The notes under the pieces were generated by a model that ran no database searches, was not told the origin of the DNA, and saw only the letters and a list, made by a program, of their open reading frames with translations. 64,000 bases of DNA from the NCBI GenBank assembly GCA_034520565.1, contig JAXHNL010000002.1, forward strand, positions 288,001-352,000. The letters are read 5' to 3'. A program made the position numbers and the translations under genes. Below are positions 39,295-48,619 of the stretch, one piece after another; position 1 is the stretch's first letter; the number at the start of each line of letters is the position of its first letter. The DNA comes from Halodesulfurarchaeum sp. GTDB lineage: Archaea; Halobacteriota; Halobacteria; Halobacteriales; Halobacteriaceae.

Positions 39295-39375
39295 CCGGAC
39301 GCCGCCCACCGGTCGCAGACGGCCGGCGGGCCGGTGAAGGACAACGCTTTCGGCCCTCGCCTGGCGAGTTGTCGT

Positions 39376-40194
39376 ATGGTACTGCCGGCCGGCTCCACCC
39401 TGCCTCCGCTGCCCTACCTGTTCGGGGTCATCGGCGGCGCCCTCGCCGTCGTCATCGCCCTCTACCGGCGACGGGTCGCGCTCCGGACGCGGACGGTACT
39501 GGCCTTTGCCCCGTGGATGGTGACGGGCTCGTCCCTGTACGTGCTCTATCAGATCGGCGCGGCACCCGCCCCGCTCGCGCCGCTTTTCAGTTCGCCGACG
39601 GTGTACCTGACGACGGCCGTCGTCGCGGGATCGGTCTGGCTCGTGGCGAGCCGCGTCGAGCGAACGGAGCGATGGGTGGCGATCATGGGGGGCGTCGCCG
39701 CCGCCCTCCCGATCGGGATCGCGACGGCCAACGCCCTCGCCGCTGGCACGTTCGCTCCGGGGTGGTCACTCTTCGGCGCAGTCGTGGCCGGGGTCCTAGC
39801 CGCCGGGGTCTGGTGGTGTTTCGGCCGGTATCGGCCGGCCGTGACGGAGATCGTGGGTACCGCCGGCGCTCTCGCGGTCTTCGCCCACGTTCTCGACGGC
39901 GTCTCGACCGTCATCGGGGTCGACGTGCTCCATTACGGGGAACAGACGCCGCTCTCGGCGGTCATTTTGGACGTCGGTGCGGCCCTTCCAACGGCTCCGA
40001 TCCTCGGCACCGGGTGGGTGTTCCTGGTCGTCAAGACGACCTTCGCCGTCGGCCTGGTCTGGCTCATGGCCGATCTGGTGCGGGACGATCCCCCGCTGGG
40101 GAACGGGCTGCTCCTGTTGATCACCGCCGTTGGCCTGGGGCCGGCGGCGCACAACCTCCTCCTCTTCGCCGTCGCGGGGCCCGCCGGGCTTTAA
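39376..40194 (+). CDS. DUF63-family membrane protein
   Basis: Multi-TM; FAHVLDGVST...YGEQTPLS...VGLGPAAHN. Confidence 0.82.
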   Translation: MVLPAGSTLPPLPYLFGVIGGALAVVIALYRRRVALRTRTVLAFAPWMVTGSSLYVLYQIGAAPAPLAPLFSSPTVYLTTAVVAGSVWLVASRVERTERWVAIMGGVAAALPIGIATANALAAGTFAPGWSLFGAVVAGVLAAGVWWCFGRYRPAVTEIVGTAGALAVFAHVLDGVSTVIGVDVLHYGEQTPLSAVILDVGAALPTAPILGTGWVFLVVKTTFAVGLVWLMADLVRDDPPLGNGLLLLITAVGLGPAAHNLLLFAVAGPAGL

Positions 40195-40218
40195 CTGCCG
40201 GGCGACCCACGTTCGGCC

Positions 40219-41187
40219 ATGGGTCAGATTTTCGCCGCCGGACACTGCAACTGGGACGTCACGCTCCTCGTCGCCTCGCTGCCGGCCCCCGACGGCGAGG
40301 CCCGGATCACCGGCCTGCACCGCTCGGGCGGCGGCAGTGCCGCGAACGTCGCCAGCGCGCTCGCCGGGTACGACCTCGACGCTGGTCTGATCGGCAGCGT
40401 CGGCGACGACGACCAGGGCCGCATGGTAAAACGCGAACTCGAGGAAACGGGCGTCGACGTCGCCGGCGTGCTCACGGTCCCGGGCGGCGAAACGACGGTC
40501 AAGTACCTCGTGGTCGACGCCGACGGGGAAGTCATGGTCCTGGCGAACGAGGGCGTAAACGAGGCGATCGGCCCGGACGACCTCGACCCGGACCACCTCG
40601 CCGGGGCCGATCACGTCCACCTCACCGGCCAGCGCCCCGAGACGGCCGACCGGCTGATCGACCTCGCTCGGGAGGGGGACCTGACGGTGAGCTTCGACCC
40701 GGGCCGCCGGATCGAGGAACGGGCCTTCGAGCCGCTGCTCGACCGGGTCGACGTCTTGTTATTGAACGAACTCGAGGCCGAAGCGGTGTTCGACGGCTCC
40801 CGCGGCGAGCGGATCGAGCGTGCGGCGGGCGAGGACCGGGTGATCGTCGTCAAGCGGGGGAGCGACGGGGCCTCGGCGTACACGGCAGCTGGGACCGTCC
40901 ACCATCCTGGGTTCGCCGTCGAGGCCGTCGACACGACCGGGGCCGGTGACGCCTTCGCGGCCGGGTTCCTCGCGGCCACCGTCGGCGGACGGGACTTCGG
41001 CCCCGAGACGGGGAGTGGGGCGGGGACAGGGACGGACCACGTGCTCGTCGGCGACCAGGTGGACGTCGAGCGGGTCCTGGCCGTCACGAACGCCAGTGGA
41101 GCCCTCACCGTCACCGAGCCGGGAGCCCGGACGACACCGACGGCAGCGGAACTTGCGGCGTTCCTCGCCGAACGAACTGGCGAGTGA
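40219..41187 (+). CDS. PfkB/ribokinase-family kinase (probable ribose-1-phosphate or nucleoside kinase)
   Basis: GGGSAANVA, GSVGDD, VDTTGAGDAFAAG. Confidence 0.9.
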   Translation: MGQIFAAGHCNWDVTLLVASLPAPDGEARITGLHRSGGGSAANVASALAGYDLDAGLIGSVGDDDQGRMVKRELEETGVDVAGVLTVPGGETTVKYLVVDADGEVMVLANEGVNEAIGPDDLDPDHLAGADHVHLTGQRPETADRLIDLAREGDLTVSFDPGRRIEERAFEPLLDRVDVLLLNELEAEAVFDGSRGERIERAAGEDRVIVVKRGSDGASAYTAAGTVHHPGFAVEAVDTTGAGDAFAAGFLAATVGGRDFGPETGSGAGTGTDHVLVGDQVDVERVLAVTNASGALTVTEPGARTTPTAAELAAFLAERTGE

Positions 41188-41226
41188 CACCAGACCCCTT
41201 TTTGTCGAGCCGCGGTATCCCCGGGT

Positions 41227-41994
41227 ATGGGCAAGCAGCCACACCTCCAGGTCGAAGCCGGGGACGTCAACGAGATCGCGTTACTGCCGGGTGATCCGGG
41301 TCGGGTCGATCGCATCGCGGGGCACTGCGAAAACGCCACCACCGTCGCCGAGAACCGCGAGTACAAGCTCGTCAACGCGACCTACGAGGGAGTCGATCTC
41401 AGCATCGTCTCGACCGGGATCGGGTCCCCATCGGCCGCCATCGCCGTCGAGGAGCTGGAGCGGGTTGGGGTCGAGACCGTGATCCGGGTCGGGACGATCG
41501 GGGCGCTCCAGGCGGACATCGAGATCGGCGACATGATCGTCGCCACCGGCGCGGCGAAGGACGAGGGAACCTCGAAGCGCTACGAGAAGAGCGAATTTCC
41601 CGCCGTCCCGGATTACGACGTGCTCACGGCGCTCGTCGACGCCGCCGAGGCGAACGAGGAGCGCGCGGCCGCGGACGGGGCAGGCGACGACGCCGCGAGC
41701 CGCGTTCACGTCGGACCGATCACGACCGACGACGCGTTCTACGCCGAGACGGACGCCTACGTCGAGGCGTGGGAGGACGCCGGCATCCTCGCCGTCGAGA
41801 TGGAGGCAGCCGCGATCTTCACGATCGCGAGGCGGAAGGGAATGGACGCGGGAGCGATCTGCACGGTCGACGGCAACCTCGTCGCCGGGACACAGAAGGG
41901 CGAGGGCGAAGACGAACTGCCCGAGAAGGCGAAAAACAACGTCGAGCGGGCGATCGACATCGCCCTCGGGGCCGCCGCGGACCTCGCAGAGTAG
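41227..41994 (+). CDS. Nucleoside phosphorylase (uridine phosphorylase family)
   Basis: LLPGDPGRV, NREY, STGIGSPS, RVGT.GALQ, VEMEAA. Confidence 0.93.
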   Translation: MGKQPHLQVEAGDVNEIALLPGDPGRVDRIAGHCENATTVAENREYKLVNATYEGVDLSIVSTGIGSPSAAIAVEELERVGVETVIRVGTIGALQADIEIGDMIVATGAAKDEGTSKRYEKSEFPAVPDYDVLTALVDAAEANEERAAADGAGDDAASRVHVGPITTDDAFYAETDAYVEAWEDAGILAVEMEAAAIFTIARRKGMDAGAICTVDGNLVAGTQKGEGEDELPEKAKNNVERAIDIALGAAADLAE

Positions 41995-42053
41995 ACGGTG
42001 AACGCACCTCGGGCGACTGAAAGTCTCTTTGCTCCCGACGCCGAAGGCCGGGT

Positions 42054-42326
42054 ATGGAATGGAAGCTCTTTGCCGACCTCGCCGAGACCGCCGGCGAGAA
42101 GCGGGTCACCGTGGACATGGCCGACGGAGCGACCGTGGCGGAGGCCCTGGAAGCCCTCTTCGGGACCCATCCCGAACTCCGCGACCGGGTCCTCGATGAC
42201 GGCGAGCTCGTCTCACACGTCAATCTCCTCGTCGACGGCGAGGACGTTTCCGGGCTCGAGGGGCTGGACACCGCGGTCGAATCGGCCGCCGAACTGGCAC
42301 TCTTTCCACCAGTCAGCGGCGGGTAA
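42054..42326 (+). CDS. Ubiquitin-like small archaeal modifier protein (SAMP1/MoaD family)
   Basis: MEWKLFADLAE...LALFPPVSGG C-terminal diglycine. Confidence 0.93.
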   Translation: MEWKLFADLAETAGEKRVTVDMADGATVAEALEALFGTHPELRDRVLDDGELVSHVNLLVDGEDVSGLEGLDTAVESAAELALFPPVSGG

Positions 42327-42353
42327 CCGACGTGGCGCCCGTCGGGTGGAGAA

Positions 42354-43259
42354 TCAGTCCCAGGCCGACCGGGTGAGATCCACGCGCAGGACGAAATCCG
42401 GTTCCTCACCGAGTTCGATGCGATGGGCGGCGACGTCCGTGACCGCCCGGGAGGTCTCAGGGACGAGGACGCGCGTTCTGTCCGCTCCGACCTCGGCAGC
42501 GTCGCGTGCGATCGCGTTCATGAGATCCCCGGCAGCCGCCAGGTCTTCCCAGGCGGCGACGCCGTATTCGGCCCACCTGGGTTCCCCCGCCTCCGACTCG
42601 CGATCGACGACCCGTACGCGGGGAGCCATGGCCACGATCCGGTCGCGTTCGATCGCCAACAGGGATTCGGTATCTGCCGCGGTTTCCAGGTCGACCCGGG
42701 TCAGTTCCGAGAGCGCCCATGGGACCTCGTCGTCGAGGGCGAGCCCGGCAAGCGTCTCCCGTTCCGTGGACTGCTGCCAGTAGCTCCAGGCAGCATTCGG
42801 GGAGGCGGAGGTGGTGTCCTCGATGGGCGCCTCGGCGTCGGGTTCGGGATGGGCCCAGCGGAACTCGACCCCGGGGTCGAAGCCCGCGGCTCGGGTGAGG
42901 CCCAGACCCATCACGTTCCAGGAGAAGACCATCGCGCGGCCGACGGTCGCCCCCGCGTCCTGGGCCCAGTCGAAGGCCGCGTGGATGAGATCCCGGCCGA
43001 CCCCCTCGTTGCGGTGGGCCGGATCCACCCGGAGTCCCTGGAACCAGGCCTCGTGCTCCGAGAGCAGGACGCTTCGGACGAGACCGATCGGGGTGCCCTC
43101 GCGTTCGGTGACGAAGGTCTGCTGGCCGGGCCCCTCCTCAGTGGCCCACTTCGGAAAAATCCGGGACATGTAGTCGCCGTTCTCGTATCGGTCCCAGGTG
43201 TCCCGGGTGAACGCGGCGACCGCCTCCGTGTCCTCCTCGCGGGCCGGGCGGATCCTCAT
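42354..43259 (-). CDS. GNAT family N-acetyltransferase
   Basis: MRIRPAREED; LRVDPAHRNEGVG acetyl-CoA motif; overlaps gatD stop. Confidence 0.88.
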   Translation of the reverse strand: MRIRPAREEDTEAVAAFTRDTWDRYENGDYMSRIFPKWATEEGPGQQTFVTEREGTPIGLVRSVLLSEHEAWFQGLRVDPAHRNEGVGRDLIHAAFDWAQDAGATVGRAMVFSWNVMGLGLTRAAGFDPGVEFRWAHPEPDAEAPIEDTTSASPNAAWSYWQQSTERETLAGLALDDEVPWALSELTRVDLETAADTESLLAIERDRIVAMAPRVRVVDRESEAGEPRWAEYGVAAWEDLAAAGDLMNAIARDAAEVGADRTRVLVPETSRAVTDVAAHRIELGEEPDFVLRVDLTRSAWD

Positions 43260-44497
43260 ATCCAGGGGACCGAGCGGTCCGTCAACTCCCCCGCGAGCGA
43301 GGTTTGCATCGCCTCCTCGACGTCGGCCCGGTTGGCCAGCACCCACATGAGCTTCACCAGTGCCGTCCCGGGAAGCATGTCCTCGCCCTCGATGACGCCC
43401 GCATCGAGGATGTCCCGGCCGGTGTCGTAGACGCGATCGCAGACGCGCCCTTCCAGACACTGGCTGGTCATGACCACCGTCGTGCCGCGGTCGGTCAGCG
43501 CGTCGAGTTCGTCGATCAGGTCCGTGTGCACGTGGCCGAGGCCGGTGCCCTCGACGATGACGCCCTCCTTCTCGCGAACCATGGCGAGACAGGTCGGGTC
43601 CATCCCGGGCGTGAATTTCAGCAGTTCGACTTCGGTTTCGAGTTCGGGCTTCGCGGACAGGTCGACGGTGCCCCGCTCGCGGTAGTCCCGCCGGAAGGTC
43701 ACCTCGCCGGTCTCGTAGTCAACCTCGCCGAGGGGTTTCGCGCCGACGGTCTCGAAGGCGTCCCGGCGAGAGGTGTGATTCTTCCGGACGCGCGTGCCGC
43801 GATGGAGCGCCACCGTGTCGTCGGAGGACGAGGCGTGCATCGCGATCATGACCTCGGCGGCGTCGGACAGGGCGGCCTGGACGGCCCCGACGGCGTTGAC
43901 GACGTTGTCGGAGGAGGGGCGATCCGCGGATCGCTGGCTGCCGGTGAAGACGATCGGAACCGGCGTGTCGAGCATGAAGGAGAGGGCGCTCGCGGAGTAC
44001 TGCATGGTGTCGGTTCCGTGCATCACGACGACGCCGTCAGCGCCGGCCTCGATCTCCTCGCACACCACGTCGGCGAGATCCTGCCAGACCGCCGGGGTCA
44101 TGTTCTCCGAGAGGATGTTCCGGACGACCCGCCCCCGATAGTTCGCCATGCCGGCCAGTTCGGGAACGGCCCGAAGGACATCCTCCGCGTCGAACTGGGC
44201 GGTCACGGCCCCGGTGCGGTAGTCCACGGTGGAGGCGATGGTCCCGCCGGTGGTCAAAAGCGAGATCGTCGGAAGGTCCTCGTCGAAGGTGACCGTCGAT
44301 TCCTCGGTGGGCTCGCCGTCCTCGACGTCGTAGACGTCCGCCTCGAGAAGCTCGACGTCGGCTCGCGTCCGGTCGACACCGACGTTGTACCCGCTCTCGA
44401 GCTTGAGTACCAAATGTGCCGCCGTCGAGGAGGGCATCACGATCCCCTCGTGGCGCTGTCCGGCCCGCTCGACGCGAACGCGGTCCCCAGGATTCAT
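43256..44497 (-). CDS. gatD: Glu-tRNA(Gln) amidotransferase subunit D
   Basis: KLESGYNVG, TGGTIASTVDYRTGAV, HGTDTM, GSQRSADRPSSD, RKNHTSRRDAF. Confidence 0.97.
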   Translation of the reverse strand: MNPGDRVRVERAGQRHEGIVMPSSTAAHLVLKLESGYNVGVDRTRADVELLEADVYDVEDGEPTEESTVTFDEDLPTISLLTTGGTIASTVDYRTGAVTAQFDAEDVLRAVPELAGMANYRGRVVRNILSENMTPAVWQDLADVVCEEIEAGADGVVVMHGTDTMQYSASALSFMLDTPVPIVFTGSQRSADRPSSDNVVNAVGAVQAALSDAAEVMIAMHASSSDDTVALHRGTRVRKNHTSRRDAFETVGAKPLGEVDYETGEVTFRRDYRERGTVDLSAKPELETEVELLKFTPGMDPTCLAMVREKEGVIVEGTGLGHVHTDLIDELDALTDRGTTVVMTSQCLEGRVCDRVYDTGRDILDAGVIEGEDMLPGTALVKLMWVLANRADVEEAMQTSLAGELTDRSVPWI

Positions 44498-44577
44498 GAA
44501 GACCGCTATTCGGGCTCGACCCTTGAAACCATCTACTCGGACGTGTCTCAACGGTCGGCCACACTCGCCCGATTCGG

Positions 44578-45237
44578 TCACACCCGCTCGCGAATGCGCC
44601 ACTTGTCCTCGACCCGTTCCACGACGTCCTGTCGTTCGAGCCGAAAGAGCACCGTCTCGACTAACTCGTCGGGCACTTCGACGGCGCGTGCGAGGCCGGT
44701 CGTCGTTCGGGTCCCGCCGGCGAGTGCTGAGAGGAGTTCGGCGGTGAGGTGCCCGCCGTTGTCGCCGTCGATCGTCTCGGAGAGGTCGGCCTGCACTTCG
44801 GTCAGCCGACCCTGCACCCACCGCTGGGCCATCGAGAGTTCCCGTTCGAGTTCGCGAAGCTGATCGAGCCGGCGTGCAAGCGAGCCGACGTCGCCTGCCC
44901 CGTCGAAGTCCGTGGTCACCTGCAGGTGGGAACACCGGCCGAGATCGAGGTCCGCACTCGCCGGGTAGGCGCTCTTGGCCCCAAAGTCGTACGGCGAGAC
45001 CTGCACCTCGAGGCGGAGGTTCTGGGCGATGTGGAAGTACTTCCGTCGGCGGTCGTCGACGTGGCTCTCGACCAGCCCGGCCTCGTCGAGCCGGCGGAGG
45101 TGGTCGATGACCGCCTTGGGGCTCACCTCGATGGACTCGCTGATCTCGGTGACGTAACTGGGCTTGTGCGCGAGCAACCGCAGGATCCGTCTGCGGTTCT
45201 CGTTGCCCAGGAGATCGAGGAGGGCCCCTGAATCCAT
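44578..45237 (-). CDS. ArsR-family transcriptional regulator
   Basis: LLDLLGNENRRRILRLL..KPSYVTEIS...SPKAVIDHL. Confidence 0.9.
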   Translation of the reverse strand: MDSGALLDLLGNENRRRILRLLAHKPSYVTEISESIEVSPKAVIDHLRRLDEAGLVESHVDDRRRKYFHIAQNLRLEVQVSPYDFGAKSAYPASADLDLGRCSHLQVTTDFDGAGDVGSLARRLDQLRELERELSMAQRWVQGRLTEVQADLSETIDGDNGGHLTAELLSALAGGTRTTTGLARAVEVPDELVETVLFRLERQDVVERVEDKWRIRERV

Positions 45238-45324
45238 TGACGGAAATCAGGGATCGTCGGGGAAAAGGATGTCTGTGCGACCGGGCGACGGACTTATGCC
45301 ACCCCATGACAAAGGTTAGCACAC

Positions 45325-45663
45325 ATGTTCGCGCCGTTCTCGAGCGGGTACTACCTCGGCCGGCTCTACGTCGCACCGAGCGAGGGCGAGGCGGCCGTCC
45401 TGCACGAGGCCCAGCACGAGAGCGTGAACCGGGAACTCTACACCACGGGCGAGGGGATCGAGCGGCTCGATCGGCCGCTCGTGATGAAGCTGGAGACCAG
45501 TCACTTCGCCGTGCATCCCGACACGTCGGTGCCGGAAGGGGCACTCGCGGTGCCCGAACCGATTCTCGAGTCGGCGAACGTCGAGAATCCGCCGGAACTC
45601 CGGGAAGTGCTGGTCGCGAAGGCCGAACACGCCGAGCGGCTGGTCGAGTTCGGGACGGTGTGA
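45325..45663 (+). CDS. Conserved haloarchaeal protein (DUF5802-like)
   Basis: MFAPFSSGYYLGRLYV...PLVMKL...HFAV; acidic composition. Confidence 0.78.
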   Translation: MFAPFSSGYYLGRLYVAPSEGEAAVLHEAQHESVNRELYTTGEGIERLDRPLVMKLETSHFAVHPDTSVPEGALAVPEPILESANVENPPELREVLVAKAEHAERLVEFGTV

Positions 45664-45693
45664 GTTCGGGGCGGTGTGAGTTCGAGGCCGTGA
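45646..45693 (+). repeat. 3 x 16-bp degenerate tandem repeat across the stop codon
   Basis: gagttcgggacggtgt / gagttcggggcggtgt / gagttcgaggccgtga. Confidence 0.75.
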
Positions 45694-45796
45694 TTTCTCG
45701 GCAACCGAACGGCCACGATGTGGAAAACAGGGCGAAAACCGGCGAAACAGGGTCCGAGCCCCAGCCACTTGCCCTCGGCAGCACGGACTGAAAGAT

Positions 45797-46222
45797 ATGG
45801 ATCCATCGAGCACGCCACCCGAAGAGCGATCCGATGCGGACTGGCGCGAACTGCTGAGCGAAGCGGAATACGAGATCCTCCGGGAGCGGGGGACCGAACC
45901 GAAGTTCAGCGGCGACCTCCTCGACATCGAGGAGCCGGGTGTGTTCCGGTGTGCCGGGTGTGGGACCGTGCTCTTCGAGAGCGAGGAGAAGTTCGGCTCG
46001 AACTCCGGCTGGCCGAGTTTTTACGACGTGGCCGACGCGGGGCAGATCGAGACGGAAATCGACACCAGACACGGCATGGAGCGACTGGAAGTCAGCTGTT
46101 CCACCTGTGGCGGCCACCTCGGCCACGTCTTCGAGGACGGGCCCGAGCCCACTGGAAAGCGGTACTGCATCAACTCCGTCGCCTTGGAGTTCGAACCCGG
46201 GGCGTCGGAGAACGACTCCTAA
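45797..46222 (+). CDS. msrB: Peptide-methionine (R)-S-oxide reductase
   Basis: GTEPKFSG, two CxxC, SGWPSF, HLGHVFEDGP..TGKRYCINS. Confidence 0.96.
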   Translation: MDPSSTPPEERSDADWRELLSEAEYEILRERGTEPKFSGDLLDIEEPGVFRCAGCGTVLFESEEKFGSNSGWPSFYDVADAGQIETEIDTRHGMERLEVSCSTCGGHLGHVFEDGPEPTGKRYCINSVALEFEPGASENDS

Positions 46223-46516
46223 GCGGCAGTTGGTGGCAACGTTAGAGGGGTCTCAAGACCTACTGCACCGCAAAAACTATCAGTAAAATTTGCTTGTTGT
46301 TTCAGCCGAATAGAGATCAGTATCCCATATAGAGACTCGACCGGTCTCACACTCTTTGTCCGAAATATCCCCCAATATTGGCACTTGATCTGAGAATCTC
46401 GAATCTACCTGGGTGACGGTTCACATACGAATTGGACCGGAGGGGTACCCCGTCATCAGTGCCGTACATATCAATATTATAAGACTTCATGTACTGAGGT
46501 CCCGGTGTTTCACGTG

Positions 46517-47565
46517 ATGGTTCAGGACCCAACCCGACCGTCGCGCATCGTGTCCCGTCGCAAGTTCCTCGTCGGTGCCGGCGCGGCCGGCATCGCCGGT
46601 CTCGCTGGGTGTGCCAGTGGCGGCGACAACGGAAGTGGCGACGGTTCCGACGACGAGAACGGCGGATCAGAAACACTCTCCGGCGAAATCCGGATTTCGG
46701 GGAGCAGTACCGTCTACCCGGTCGCCCAGGAGGTCAGCCGCCAGTTCCAGCAGGAACACTCCGAGGTCAGCTTCAACCTCACGCGGGACGGGAGCTCCGG
46801 TGGGTTCGAGAACGTCTTCATCCCGGGCGACAGCGACATCAACAACTCGAGCCGGCCGATCAGCGAGGAGGAGGTCCAGCGGTGCCGGGACACCGGCTTC
46901 GAGCCGGTCGAGTTCTTCATCGCACAGGACGCGCTCACCGTGGTCGTCAACAACGACAACGACTGGGTCGACTCGATCACGCTCGAGACAGCTCGAGAGA
47001 TCTGGTCGCCCGACACCGCGCCCGAGATGTGGAGCGACGTCAACTCCGACTGGCCGGACGAACCGTTCGACCTCTACGGTGCGGCGACGACCTCCGGGAC
47101 GTTCGATTACTTCACCGAGGCCGTCGTCGGCGAGGAGGACAAGATCCGCAGCGACTTCGAGGGGACCGAGGAGGACGACCTCATCGCGCAGGGCGTCGCC
47201 GGCAACGAGTACGCGATGGGCTACCTCCCCTTCGCCTACTACACGAACAACCCGGACAGCGTCAAGGCCCTCAGCCTCAGCGAGGACGGCAGCGACCCGG
47301 TCGAGCCGAGCCTCGAAGGCGCACAGAGCGGGAACTACCCGCTCGCCCGCCCGCTGTTCTTCTACGCGAACATGAACAAACTCCAGGAGAAGAACCCAGC
47401 TCCAGGAGTTCATCCGCTTCTACATCAACGAGTCCGACGCGGACTACATCGCCAACGAGATCGGCTACGTCCCGAGCCAGCCAGGACATGGTCGACGCCA
47501 ACCTCGAAAACCTCGAAGCGGCGATCGCCGGCGAGTACGAGTACGAGCCGATCCCGCTGTACTGA
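46517..47565 (+). pseudogene. pstS: Phosphate ABC transporter substrate-binding lipoprotein; two +1 frameshifts near the 3' end (possibly sequencing errors)
   Basis: Tat/lipobox SRRKFL...LAGC; SGSSTVYP, SGTFDYF, YPLARPLFFY; C-terminus split over three frames at ~47393 and ~47477. Confidence 0.88.
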
Positions 47566-47614
47566 CGCAGATCCAGTCGGTGAGATCGTCCACACGTATC
47601 ATCCATATCCGATC

Positions 47615-48619
47615 ATGAGCAACGAACCAGATGACGACACAGATCGCTCCAACGGAGCGGATTCGTCGTCCGGAAGGAGCGACTGTACGGGCGACTGATA
47701 GCCGCCACGGCGGTGCTGACGATCCTCGTGACCGTCGGAATCATCCTGTCGCTGGCGGGCAAGGCGCTCGCGTTCTGGTCGGTAGTCCCGCCGATCGAGT
47801 TTTTTACCGGAGCCAACTGGAGCCCCGATCATCGACGGCAGCTACGGCGTCCTTCCGCTGGTCAGCGGGACGCTGCTCGTCACGATCTTCTCGGCGCTGA
47901 TCGCGCTGCCGATCGGTCTCGGCGGCCGCGATCTACCTGAGCGAGTACGCGAGCGACCGCGCGCGGTCGATCCTGAAGCCGGCGCTCGAGATCCTCGCCG
48001 GCGTCCCGACCGTCATCTACGGCTACATGGCACTCGTGTACATCACGCCGCTGTTTCAGGGGTTTCTCCCGGTGTCGATCGGGCTGATTCCGGCTGGAGT
48101 GCCGGTCCTCCCCGAGTTCACGTTCGTGATACCGTCACTGCGGACGTTCAACGTGCTCTCGGCGAGCATCGTCGTCGGCATCATGATCATCCCGATGGTG
48201 TCCTCGATCAGCGAGGACGCCCTGAGTGCGGTCCCGGACAGCCTCCGCGAGGCGGCCTACGGGCTCGGCTCGACGAAGTTCGACGTCTCGACGAAGGTCG
48301 TCGTTCCGGCGGCCACGTCGGGCATCGTCGCCTCGTACGTGCTCGCGCTCTCGCGAGCGATCGGCGAGACGATGGCGGTCACGATGGCCATGGGAATGAG
48401 CCCGCAGATGCCGTACTTCCCGGACGTCTTCCGGAACCTCGCCGAATCGAGCCAGACGATCACGGCCGCGATGGTCCAGATCGCCAGCGCCGACTCGCTC
48501 GGCGGAATCACCTACGAGGCGATGTTCGCGCTCGGACTGACGCTGTTTGCCATCACGCTCTCGATGAACGTGGTGGCTGAACTCGTCCGACGGCAGCTTC
48601 AGGGAGGCATACCGAATGA
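47615..48619 (+). pseudogene. pstC: Phosphate ABC transporter permease PstC; multiple +1 frameshifts (possibly sequencing errors)
   Basis: FFTGANWSP, YGVLPLVSGT, IYLSEYA, EILAGVPTVIYG, LSRAIGETMAV lie in shifting frames. Confidence 0.85.

Noticed and set aside
44498-46126. Apparent 956-aa GatD fusion
   Set aside because: The upstream part overlaps the ArsR, DUF5802-like and msrB genes in other frames or strands; GatD starts at 44497.
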